Shown here in pieces: positions 39,740-52,343 of a stretch of 64,000 nt of DNA (the first letter of the stretch is position 1; each line of letters opens with the position of its first letter). Source of the DNA: Phoronis australis (taxonomy: Eukaryota > Animalia > Phoronida); NCBI GenBank assembly GCA_002633005.1, contig NMRA01000837.1, forward strand, positions 62,089 to 126,088. Direction: 5' to 3'. The translations under genes and the position numbers were made by a program. Under the pieces are notes generated by a model. The model searched no databases. It was not told the DNA's origin and saw nothing but the letters and a program-made list of their open reading frames with translations.

Positions 39740-42143
39740 TTATTAGGCCTCTATTCCTTACCGTAACAGTATTTATTTCCCGTTACCAAATGACGTCACA
39801 CGACAATAATGCGGTCATATACGAATTCGCAAGTTTAGGTTGGCCAATCTTGGAAATCTTTGATGAAGCACTAACTTGAGTCCCTGATGTTTTCGATGTT
39901 CTTGTTGGTAATGGAAACCTAATTAGATCATGATTGTATCATGACACCAATTTTACATGAGTTAAAGAGCTAATTTGATTTTCGTTTTTAGCCAGTTGCC
40001 GAACAGGAATGCAGCTTTAAAATATTATCGGACAGACGTAAAATGGAAACAAATACTTGAATAGTGTGCTAATTTCTAGCCAAAATCGTGTCAAAATGTA
40101 CCTCAAGGGAGAACTGGTGCGTAATTATACTAATGTACTAATGAGGGTCCAAGGTTGTGCTGTGCACGTTCAGTGTACTTGGTTTCAACTGGAAGTTAGT
40201 GCTGATATCCTGGGCTTCGATTGTTTAGGTGCCTCTAAGCTAAGCACTACATCATTTTGTATATTCTGCCTGTGACTGTAATTTAAGGGACCGTACCTTG
40301 AATTTAGTGTCGCGGCCTTGGAATCATTTCCAATCTCTGTCTACACTCTCTTCAGAATTTTCTGAAAATTTAGGTGATTTACTGATGAACGTGAAGAGCA
40401 TGGGGGTACATTTATGCCCATAGGAGCACACTTCGCGTGTATCGATTAGTTGTCCTTTGAAAATTCTCGAAAGCTGAGGGGGACTCTTAGCCGAGAAGTT
40501 AGCGCTTGATCGAAAATTTTCAAAATCTGGGGGAGGTCACTGCGCTTACTTGAACATGAACGCATGCTTACGGCTGAGACCATTTAGGGCACTTTTTATC
40601 TTTTGCCCAGTTCCATAAGAGAACGTCTAAGTTGATATCGCTACTGTCTAGGATAAAAGGTTCCTCCCTCCAGACAATTCTACAATATTCATTAATTTCT
40701 GACTTTGACGGCTAGTTAAAGAATGCTTATTTCATTTTGATTTAGATTTTAAGAATATTTTCGGGTTGACTCGCTTGTCAGTTACAGACCGATTTATTCG
40801 TGAACAAAGTGAGAACCACGCTTACTGATGAGGTGAAAATATTATTGAAGATAGAATATCAAATTGTTCTTGATAACTTTTACAGATTTTGTGACATTGA
40901 GAAAAGACCGAACACTCGGTCCCTCTCTGTCAAGGTTTGTTGTTATTGTACAGTTATTATGATCACCACCGCACGGTAGTAGACTATTGCAAGCCGAGAA
41001 CCAATCGTTTTCCAAAAATGTAATGCTGCATTTCGCCCTGTTTAGTTGGTTAAAGCACGCAGACTCGAATCAGGACATTTACTCTCATGAAATCGATCTC
41101 ATAATACTCTTGATCGTGATAGATGTCCACAAGCAACAAGATCATTGAAATCATCTTCGACTCGAGAAAATGCTTTAGAGATTATTGGGGTTAGACAGCT
41201 CTTAAATTGAGAAATCGAAAACGGTGCCTGTCCGTATAGGTTGTGAACAGAATTGGTACTGGAAATGGAATCCAATCATAGTATGGAATATTGGCAGACA
41301 GATTTTGTGAGAATAAGAGGTTTAATTCGATTTTCAAGGCGAAATGTAGTTTTAATTTTGAATTATGATGAACAAATAAGAATCAAGTCAATTTAAAAAC
41401 AATAAGGACGAGCCGCAAGCTCAGTTCCTTGACTATGAAATAACAAATTAGACAAAATATATTATAATAAAACAAATTCATAAGAGAAACCCAAACTAAC
41501 AAGCAAGGGATATGTGAATCCCTCAGCAGTAAATTGAAGACATTTAGATCGACAGAATATGTATTCTTTTTGACGCAATGAGGGTATGCTCCGGACGTAA
41601 GTTATAACCAGCGTCATACGATAGACTTTGAAAGTTTTTAAAAACCCCAAACACAAGTTTGCGAAATCTATCAACTTCAAGTATATCGGAATAGTTTGTG
41701 CAACTTAACAGGTCAGGATATGGGCTAGTAAAGACATTTGTCATTTTCAAGGCTCTATAAGTTACTGTACGTTTTTTAAAACAGTATTTGTCATTGATAG
41801 CACGAAATGAGTTGTATGAAAGTAGCACACGCTATGTATAAGGATGTCTTCTATTTCTGGAAGTCGAACTTGTATTTTGACCGAAACCAACACTCCCCTT
41901 TCTGGATGTCATCCGTTCCCTCCCGGTCGTCAACGCTGCAAAGTTACTCAACCAGATCGCATGTTGTATACAAGCCTAAGTTAGTTGATGTCTTTTCGTT
42001 ATATATGTTTTGCCTCACAAAAATACCAAATCTATCGCAATAACTATTTATTTACAGAGGTTCTGTGTGTACATACATGCACCCATCACAATCAAACTCC
42101 ATTACGAACGTTTGTGAATACATTTTCAATGCACGCGAATTTC

Positions 42144-44502
42144 TTACTGAAAATTAGACAGCAGACGATATTTTATTAAACTTTGCGCTGAGTAGTGCCA
42201 TGCGAGCAACGCGTTTTCCTTAGGGTTATAACTAAGACTGACGAACCTGTGGTCTTTGTCGTAGGTGTGAAATTTGATGGAGTGGCTCTTCTGTTGGTAT
42301 GTAACAGAGTCGAAAGAGTACTGAATGTAGTTCGACGACGAAGAATAGTGGTAGGTGGAGTAAAGTGTACCGCAGACCATGAACGCGTTTCCCTGGGTAT
42401 GCTTAACAACAGAAGTTCGCCACGTTTGCAATTGTACTAAATTATCAGGATCTAGTTTACTGAACGCCATATATCTGTTACCAGTTGAAGATTCCGGAAA
42501 TATGACCCACAAACCCCGTTCATCTACCTCAAAGTCAATTTGATCGTACAAATTGCCATGTTCATAGTAACCATAACTATATCGAGCGCCATGTGCCCCA
42601 CTCAGTGTGCGCTCTACGATTTTGCCGGTTTTAAGATCGTATCGAACCATTACATTACTATTATACTTGTTACAGTAAAACGCTCCTTTATACACAACGT
42701 GACCCATGCCGTCACATGAAAATGGCAGTGTGAAAACTACTGGGTTCTCGTTGGATTTTAACGACGCTTCGGATTTATATTCTAAGAGCTGGCTGACACT
42801 ACTATAACCCTTAGTTATCCACACTTTATCGTCGTCCGAAGCTGCGTCCTTCATCCACACACCAGTGTTACCCAAGCTGTTGTCTTGGTAGATAACTTCT
42901 GCCTCACCTATGGCATCGAAGGACCGTCTACAAGACTCTGGAATACACGATACTTGGCGTGTGAATTGCCTCTTCGCCATTTTGTTTCGATGATCATCAT
43001 ATACTAACGGCACTTCTGTTAAACTTTCGACGTTTTTGTTTAGCTGGCTAAACACGACAGTCGAATTAGATCTTTTACTCTCATAAAATAAATCTCATAT
43101 TCTCTAACTTTATAGGATTCAATAACAATTGCTAACAAAAATTCTTGGGCCCGTTGGCCAACCCTAAAACTGCGAGTTCTAAAATGGCTCATAAATCCAT
43201 TGCCTGTGATTTGAGCAGAAGACACAAATAGTACGTCATACTCAACAGTCATGCCTGCCGCATACTTTAATGCCAAATATGGCGGACCCGTTATATAGTG
43301 CATTCCTAAATGTTACACTCAAGTGCATCCGTGGTTGAATTTCGTATACACTACGGAAGAATCTCGCGAAGGAAGCTTAGTGAATAACAATAGCTGTAAT
43401 GCCAGGTTCTCGCGTCCACCGGCACGCACGTCCGGCTAGACAATACACTGCCCAGAAACAGTCACGTTTCCATGGTGAACGCTCTTTATGGTACTTTTAA
43501 CGCAGTGAAAAAGTATGTGAATTAAAGTTCGTAAGTCAGGCAAATTCGCATCGCCGGGATAAAAATTGCAATGACTTTTGTAAACGTTTGATCTACAGTT
43601 TCCACGTCAGCTATTTCTCGTACATGTAAATAAATGAGAAAACGAGTTACCTGATGTGATAGATTTCTGCAAGTTGTAGTCCAGCTGAAGGGACTGTAGT
43701 TCGTGTTCAGCCTTCGTGTAGGAAATATGAAGATTTCTCAACGACTGCGTGGCAGTAAGTAGATCAAGAGTCATTTGCTGACATTCACCATCGGGTTTTG
43801 AGGGCACTGTAGGGCCAGGGCTCACAGTCTTCGTTACCTTCGGGCAGGAGTCTGTAAGGTTCTTGATTTCTTCTCGGAGGTCTACGATGTTGTTGCTGCA
43901 AATTGCAATTAAAGATGTCATATTTCACATATGAGTTGGGAGGAATTTTCATGTTGCGATAAGTGGGCTAAGTCAGCCGCTCGATTTGGCGGGACAGGAC
44001 GCGAGTTTACAGCAGATGAAATGAGTATCTTTTAAAAAGCTTGGTTGTCACAGATCCAATAGTATGATCATCAATGATTTTGTATTATACGCAGAGCGTG
44101 ACCATAGACAATAACGAACTGGCTGTTTTCCAAGCCAAGACCAGAAACTACTCGCCTAGGTTATTTATGCACCACTGAACACCAGCTATAGAGGTTTATG
44201 TGACTGAAAGAAAAACGATCCTTTTTGGGCAGGTGGGTTTATCGTAGATTAATTTTGGTTTTAGCTCACATTTCAGATAGAGCATGCACTAACGATACAG
44301 GAGAACACTTACTCAGTTACGGGACTTACCTTTGCTGGCGAATAACCTGAACCAGAGTTTCCGTCTGGCACTTGTCACCGGAAGGAATAAAAACGAGGAG
44401 TCCATTGGGCAGTCTGTGGGCAACGTTTGAGCTGGGAGTAATAACTACTTGGCCAGAAGATAGTTGTAAAGCGACACCGAGGATTAGTGTATGAAGCAGC
44501 AT
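42144..44502 (-). CDS. Secreted olfactomedin-domain protein A (signal peptide, coiled coil, OLF), 3 exons, 403 aa
   Basis: Exons 44502-44330 (phase 2), 43895-43651 (phase 1) and 42937-42144. Signal peptide MLLHTLILGVALQLSSG. OLF motifs GVWMKD, GMGHVVYKGAFY, IDFEVDERGLWVIF, GNAFMVCGTLY, LSYNPKENALLAW. Poly(A) signal at 42047-42052. Confidence 0.9.
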
Positions 44503-47500
44503 GTTGGTTGTTTTAATCAAGCTGTTACTGCTGTCCATAGACAACTCTATATTCTAAAAACGGTGTACCGATGATGGCTTATAGTTTTGTGTAAACTTCG
44601 TCTGATTGGTGGAATAGAATGTATCTCCGTTCATCTCAAGCTGCGCTCCGCCCATTTATCTAGGGCTCAACTTCTTATCATAAATCCAGTAACAACTTCT
44701 CGATGCTTGTATCAACGGAATTTACCTGTTTCTGAATCAATTTTAATTGTCGCTGTACTGTACTTGTATTTAATAAACCTTCAGTGAATTTGATTGAGGT
44801 ATAAGCTTCTTGTCAGTCCTCATTTAGTTGATCTCTACTGCCTTTCTTCAAAGAACCCAAATGTTGAGGGTCAGCTGACTAATACAACAACGAGACCATT
44901 ACTCTCTCCCGGTCAAAACCCGTTTCACTTTTGCATTTGTCCCCATGCTCCTTAAAAAGAACTCCCGGGTTGCTATTCGTTTCGTCCTCCCACCAAGTCG
45001 TCAACAATTTCGCGTTTGATTCCCCGTTGAATACTTTTGCCTACGCTAGAGAGCATTTGCATAACAAAAACTACTATAAGACCCTGCTTTCGTCAAAATA
45101 ACTTTTAATTTAGATCAATAATAGTTATGAACGTGGTACCAACTTTTTCCTTTATAAAATTAGAGGTAATTTCTGGGGTTCGTTATTTCTTGAGATCACT
45201 TTCCATGCGCGCACCTAGCCTAAAAATGAGGGGGCTCGAACTTTTGAGAACGTGGACCTTCACAGGATTCACAGGACACGTTCAGAGATATGAATTGTGC
45301 ATTCGCCGAATTTTGGTAGTTCCGGGGTTTTTAGCGGACTTTTGTCTCGTTTTCTACCTTTTCGGAGTTTTTGATTATCTGAGGGGGACCTTTTTGCTCA
45401 CTTCACCAAATGGAGGGAGCCCTCCCCCTGGGTGTGCGCATGCGTTCAACAAGTTGGCTTGTCACGGTGTGTCGTGTTGTGCACCGAGCATACTCTCAGT
45501 CGTTTCCAAGTCCAGAAATCAATCAACATCATCTCCGAATGCCACAACATTAGACTACCAAGCCTTAAATAATTTTCGGTCCCACATAAATCGTCCACTA
45601 CAACATTATAACTAAAGTAAATGAGTTTTCGCAATATTTGCAGTTCGGGCAATTATATAATTCTAGTGCACAAAACACGAAGCAGCAAAGAAAGTGCGCA
45701 ACAACCTTAGACTTTCAAGTGTTTTGTAGTCAAATCAAGTATTCTGAGAAGTATGAGAAAATAACAAGAAAAATATTTGTTCTAGTGGAGATCATTTGAT
45801 AAAAGTGACAAGTGTGGTTTCAAATGTTCGAATGACCTAGATTTTAAAGAATAATTTAAAAGTGATGTAAACATCATTGATAAAAATATTTATTTAGTTT
45901 ATCTTTGAGATTTTAAAGTATAGAGTTCAATTTGTTGTGGTAAAGAAGACGTGTTGGGAACTGAATTTAAGATAATTAGTCATATTTTTAGACTATGTTT
46001 ACGCCATACTATCTGGTTTGAGAACTTTAGACCTCCTACATAAATATGACTGAACTTGTTTTGTCGTATTTGGATAATGTCCAGATTTAATCATGGATGA
46101 AACACGCACACGGAAATACTAAAGCGAAGAGTTGATAATTATGGTTACAAACCAATGATACTAATAAAAATAGATATCATGATTCATCAATTTGAATGGA
46201 ACGATAAACAATCTCGTGGGTTGGTTGTTCGCCAGGCAGTTAATTGTTTATTATGGTTAAACGAGGTTTGAAAACCGAGTTTTGGCACCACAATAGGGGC
46301 GTGCCTCCGACGGGATGATGGTGACGCAAGCGGCCAGAGCTGGAGAGACTATACAAAACTGGCAATAACTGGCCCGGCACTATTCTCTTCCGTCTATGGC
46401 GGCGCTTATCCCAACTACACTACTGTTGGACTCCTTTAAACTTACCTATTTTTGCGATGTAAAAAAGTAGTGAAACCTCTCACTTATTCATAGAGAAGGT
46501 GTTTAGAGTCAACATGTGTTTTCAGTGATACTTCTCTAAAAAGTTATGGTGGTAAGGAATTGCTTTTCAAAAATGCCTTGGGAAAAGAACACCGCTAGAA
46601 CTCAGTTTACTTTTGTCGAAGAAAATACAGTTCCACATATAACGTTGGTTATGCTTATTGTGCAAACTCTAGAAGTTACATCAAACAAACAAGTTTATTA
46701 CGCTGGCTGTTTAGTTGACTAAAAAGCGAGAATGGGTCTCAAAATATTTCATATCTTGACAAGATATTCAATTTCCGTTACCAATAAAAACATCGGAACC
46801 ATCAGCGACCCCACGAAAGCTCTTCATTAGGGTTTATTGGGCTTGACCAAGTGAACCCTAAAATTGCGAAATTTTGAAAATGGCGCATTTACGCATTGCC
46901 TCTCATTTGAATTGGTAACGGAATTAGCACCCTAGCACGACAAGGAGACTGATTTTACCAGAGTAAAAGTCCTAATTTGATTTTCGTTTTATAGCCAGCT
47001 AAAAAGGACGAAATTCAAATTTAATACACGAATTTCCGTAATTCTAATGGAGAAGCTGGGTGATACCTGACACTTTCTAAAAACTTCGACAGATTGATTC
47101 ACCCACATTAGGCCCATTTTGTCATCTTTTGGCCCATAAACGCATTGGTGAAAACAAAGGGTATGGTAGAAATGTGGCAATGAATTGGACACAGACTTGA
47201 ATTAAAGAATGTATTTTGTTTCGCAGGCAGAGATGGAGCACTCTGGCTCCATGAATGTGGCTGCACAAAAGGCTAGTACACTCCACTAGCACTCCGATAA
47301 TTTCTCTGACACATGTTTTTCACGTGAAGATCTTTTATTGTCAATCTTTGAATGATCAACAATCTAAGGCATTTTCACGGTAGTTATAAATTGTTTTGCA
47401 GCCCGGTTTTGCAACTGCGGATTTTATACTCTGTTACGGTACATGAACAATCTCAGTTTATGATTTGCAAATTTACCTTTGTCCTCTGCTGCTCAGCAAA

Positions 47501-49564
47501 TGCGGCGGTTTAAAGTATAAAAATCGTTTTTTACAGATAATGCGTACCTTAAAATGTGGAATACTACATTTTGAGAAAAAATAATTGCCATGTCAAATTA
47601 CTCAAGAAATATTTTCCTTCAGCTCTGGGCTCACGGACTTCTTCAGGTGAAAACCTTTATAATTAGATATAGCTGTATTGTAAGGGAAATATTTGGTAAT
47701 GCTGTAATATGTGCAGATTTGCTAACGAGTTGCATTTTTACACGGATGCGTTGTGTCTGTAGATGTATTCCATATGTTTCTGAAGTTATTAGGGTTGTAG
47801 GCTACATTCTATAATTGTTGAAATAAAAAATAAAACAAGTGAGATGTATGTTGGAATAGAAAAGGAAAAGCAACAGGTCATTAAGCAATGCATTGCAATG
47901 AATCACAGCATACTTATTAAATGCATTTTTATTACAATATGAAGCTAGGGGTTTGCACCTTCTTCCTATATAGGATTCTAATCTCTAACCCAGACTCAAC
48001 TAGGAGTTGAGCCTGGTGTAGATCTGCTACATCTGGTTCTCTATTAGCCAATCACAAAAACCAATGCTTTTACAACTTATTATTAACCCAGTTACTAAAT
48101 GAGATGAAAATTGTGACGATCGCCGTACCAGCAAATAACAAGTCACTTGAGCGGATAGAATAATATCTCAGAAAAGGAACAGCATGCAACTGAAAACTTT
48201 AAATACACATTCGTCACAGAAGAATTACATAAAACGGGAGAAAAAAACGACATCTTGAGATTTACACCCAAATCATATAATGCGCAGCTTACTATAGTAA
48301 AAATTGATCGAATGACCTCGTTTTCAAGATCTACACCAGATTGAAATGTACAGTCTGGACTCGAGACTATATGATTTCATAAGCTTTTGTTTTATAGTGC
48401 GCGTGCGCAAACAGTCCCCCCAAAACAAAAGCCTATGGGACTATATTCGATATTTTTTTGAAATATAAGAATTTTGGCTTACTCTTTGTGCCACAATTAA
48501 ACATTCCATGGTTTGTTTGGTATTGAAGCAAAACAAGATTTTGTAAGAAACACTACACTGTTTACTTTCGCACGTCTATGACTGTCTATAAGATAAAGTT
48601 TAAGTAAGGTACCATCAATAACATAATCCTCTTTTGAAGGTGATATAATCCATGTTCTACTTTTTTCATAGGCACATCTGCTCTTCAAAAGCAAAGGCAA
48701 TTTGTTCTTATCCTTTGTTTGAACTGAAATTGGTTACCGTAGGTCGCCGCAGTGGCACTCCGTGAAAGTCATTTTGCCTTGACCACTGAACTCACTGGTC
48801 CTGGCCGGAAACAATGAAGACCCATTCGTTCTTTTCAAAGCTAAAATCATTTCTAATCAGAGTAAGAGACAAAATGACACTAATTTCATAACCACATTTT
48901 GACCAAATGCGCGGGTTTGTTTACCCGGTATCTACACACCAGTCGTAATTCTATGTCGATGCCGCTGGGATATTTTCCGTGTATAGGCCCCTTGTTTCGA
49001 AACGGGCTTACATTCAGAGAGTGAAAACGTTTCCTCTTAATTCCACCTTCAATCGCCTAAGTAACCGTTCTGGACCGGCAACCTCCAAACCTGCGGCACA
49101 TTCAATACCTGCGTCCCCAAACTCAACACGAATATACTCCATATCCGGTTGTGATCAAACTTTTAAAATATCCGGTGGACCAGAGAACAAAGACTGTTTA
49201 AGAATCTGGTCTCCGGGTACGGAGTTTGGTCACAAGGTATATATTTTTTCGGGGCTTATTTGGAATTTAGGGATATGGGTATGGAATTTGTGCCGTTGGT
49301 TTTGTGTGTGCTAGTCCATGACTGAGGTTATGGGGATCGTAGCTGGAACTAAAATGGGTCCCCGGAATCGTTGCCACTCCTTGATATTTAGAGTACTAGA
49401 AAGGCGAGAAATGTTCCATTTTCCATACATAAGCTCTGGGGCTTAATGTCAGGAAATCCCTGTAAGGACATTCAGCCTGAACGTCTCGGAAGGAAACAAA
49501 ACTTAGTTCAAAATATTACTTTAACCTCGACATAATACATAGCTTGATATACAAAACACGGATG

Positions 49565-51135
49565 CTACTGAAACGAAGACAGCAGAGGGTATCTAATCAA
49601 ACTTCCGGAATAGTAATGCCATGCATAAAGTGCCCTCTCTTTGGAATTGTAACTCAAACTGGAAAACTGATGGTCGTACTTGTATGTATGAAACGGGATC
49701 TGCGAACTAGGGAAACTTTTAGCCGTAAATGTAACAGAGTCATATGAATAGCTAACATAATTGGACGTACTGCTGTATGACGCCATTGTATACAATTTTC
49801 CGCAAACTAAGAACGCCTCTCCGTAACTCCTTTTTTGCACACTTGTGCGCCACGAATGCAAAATATTCAAATTGTCTGGGTCAATCTTACTGAAAGTCAG
49901 TTGTCGTCTACTATGATCAGGGTTTACGTAAATTACCCACAACCCAAGTTCATCCGCGGCAAAATCAATCCCGTTGTACAGCGTCCACTGGTAACTTCCC
50001 GGGTAACCATAACTGGAATGGTAATACCGGCCCGTAAATGTGGGTAAATCTCGATAGATAACCTTCTGTGTTTTAAGATCGAAACGCATGATGTCATCAG
50101 TGTTGTACTGATTGCAATAAAAAGCTCCGTTATATACAACGTGACCCGTTCCATCACAGCTAGTTGGTATGGTGTATGTTTTTGTGGGTTGATTTGCAAT
50201 TAAATGCGATTCTGTCTCGTACTCAACGAGTTGGTTTACACCGCTGTACCCCGCCATCACCCAAACTTTATTGTCGTCTGCTTTCGGGTCTTTCATCCAC
50301 GCGCCGATTCTACCATGTTGTTCGTACACTTGGTGAACGATCTGCCCCTCACCAACGCCGTCGAAAGGTCGGACACAGCGACCTACAATAACCACACAAG
50401 AAAGGCGATAACTTGCTAAATGAGAGCTTTTAGCCCAGTTGACATCCTTCCTGTGTTTATCAGAATAGAGCGCATAAGATTTTAGCAGGCTATGAATCGG
50501 ACGTAGGTAAAAGAAACATGATATCGATAAAGTAAAGAGCATGATGAAAGATTAATGTTTGAGGCTATCTTCCACTCAGAACAATAAAGTTTGAAACCTA
50601 TAGCACAAACATAGCTTCGGTAGTCTCCTCACTAAATCGAAGAAACAAACAACTTTTAATGAATTATAAAACAGTAGACCAGAAGGAAAAAACATGGCTA
50701 TAGCTAAGACTTACGACTTCGAATCGCTCTGTTCTTCTGATATTCCTTCTTCATGTCTTTCAAACGTAGTTCACTTGTCGTTAACTTCACACTAAGCTCT
50801 ACCAGCTTTGTTGACGTTTCATTAACTACAGTCTTCATGGCTTCTAAACATTTGGCAGGAGGTATTTCCGTAGGCTTTGGCGTTGTCTTTGCAAGACCGA
50901 CATTTGGACAAATCTCATTGATGGACGAAACTTTCATTGTCATGTCTTCGATGGTTTTTTGCTGCTTCGAAGCTACAGCTGCAAGTGTGGGGTAACTTCC
51001 GTTCTTGCACTGATCGGACGGAACAAACAGAAGAATGCCGCTCGGTAAACCTGCCACTAGTTCTTTCTGGGGATTTACAAGAATTTGTTGGTTAGATGCG
51101 GATAGTATACTCATAAACACTGCTACTGCTAACAT
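49565..51135 (-). CDS. Secreted olfactomedin-domain protein B, 2 exons, 412 aa
   Basis: Exons 51135-50715 (phase 1) and 50382-49565. Signal peptide MLAVAVFMSILSASNQ. OLF motifs GAWMKDP, GTGHVVYNGAFY, IDFAADELGLWVIY, GEAFLVCGKLY, LSYNSKERALYAW. Confidence 0.9.
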
Positions 51136-52343
51136 TTTGTATGTCGACGTTGGTCTGCTTATGCTTCATTCACTGGTCAACAACAATGTTGTCTCGCGAC
51201 CGTACAAATTTGTTAGGTCACTCCGCTTGCTATTGGTTGTTGATAAGTACGTAGGTCAACGCTTAGCACGCTGTTCTTTACATGAATTTATTCATCGATG
51301 TCGATATACTCGGGAGCATCCTGCCCAGGTTTCACACCCTATTTAAACGTATAGATGGCAGATGGCCAAAAAAGCTTCAAGGACCGTGATCTGCTCGCGC
51401 ATCCCATGGAACCCCACAAATTGACGCTTTACAATACAAAATTACGTTGCCACCGCAGCAACAGTTTTGTACAGGTTAACATTTTTATAACAATCAAATG
51501 GAATTTTTGTTTAAAGTTTCAGTTTACCAATATGGTGCAATAGCTTAGACGAAAGGAAAGTAATTGTTCACTATCACGAGCTTTGCGCGTAGACGTGCAA
51601 GTCTTTTCTGGAGCCCCAGTTTACTTTAACAAAACGTTAGTTGTACTCATATGACTTCATCGAGACATTTTGTATTCCTTCCCTTCAGCCTGTAAATGTT
51701 GTACATACCATCCAGGCGGTTTTGTTAACTTCGCAATTATCAAAGCCAAGATTAAAAACTATTTTGCTTTTGCATGATTGCAGATGGCAAGTCTACAGTT
51801 GAAGCCGTTTGTACTATATTTCTGAACATATTGTCATGGCACAAAATATTCCTTCAGGAATCGCATGTCACTTTTAGACAGTTTAGACATTTAAAACTTG
51901 AGTGCTATCATATTTTACTAATACAAAGTAGTAACATATTACCAGAAAACAATGACATTTTTGCAAAAAAAATAGACAGTGCTAAAGTTTGATGATTATC
52001 CACTTTTGATCCACGCAAAATCACTGTCTGAGTATCATGACACCTAGAAGACACATTCGATCGAAGCTAAATAAGACTAATGAGATGTTTTTGATTCATG
52101 TTGGACAACTAAACTTATAACCTTTGGATCGTCATTGAGCTCAAGTGTCTCGACCACAAAATTCAACCCTGGATGCTTATCAAATGAAGAACACTTCGTC
52201 AGTCACAGACGTCAATCACTTAACCCCGCCTTCATGTTATCTTCGTAACCAAACAAAATATCACCAGAAACTTCCAACGGACAACAAAATCTTTAGAGAG
52301 TACAGTGGGGTGCAGACCAATTTTAAGAGGTCCCTACAACAAA

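Noticed and set aside
42938-43055. N-terminal extensions of the olfactomedin ORFs in the ORF track (also 50383-50542, and 34067-34086 for CPTP)
   Set aside because: These are intronic read-through upstream of canonical acceptors. The spliced models give signal peptides and consistent phases.
39777-47000. About 145-bp segment bounded by TTCCGTTACCAA/TTGGTAACGGAA repeats, in opposite orientation at 39777-39917 and 46772-46924 relative to a shared downstream block (possible invertible switch, or a composite element around olfactomedin A)
   Set aside because: The 46.7-kb copy has the shared block inverted on both sides (tttagttgactaaaaagcgagaat upstream), so it is a palindromic MITE. The orientation difference needs no recombinase.
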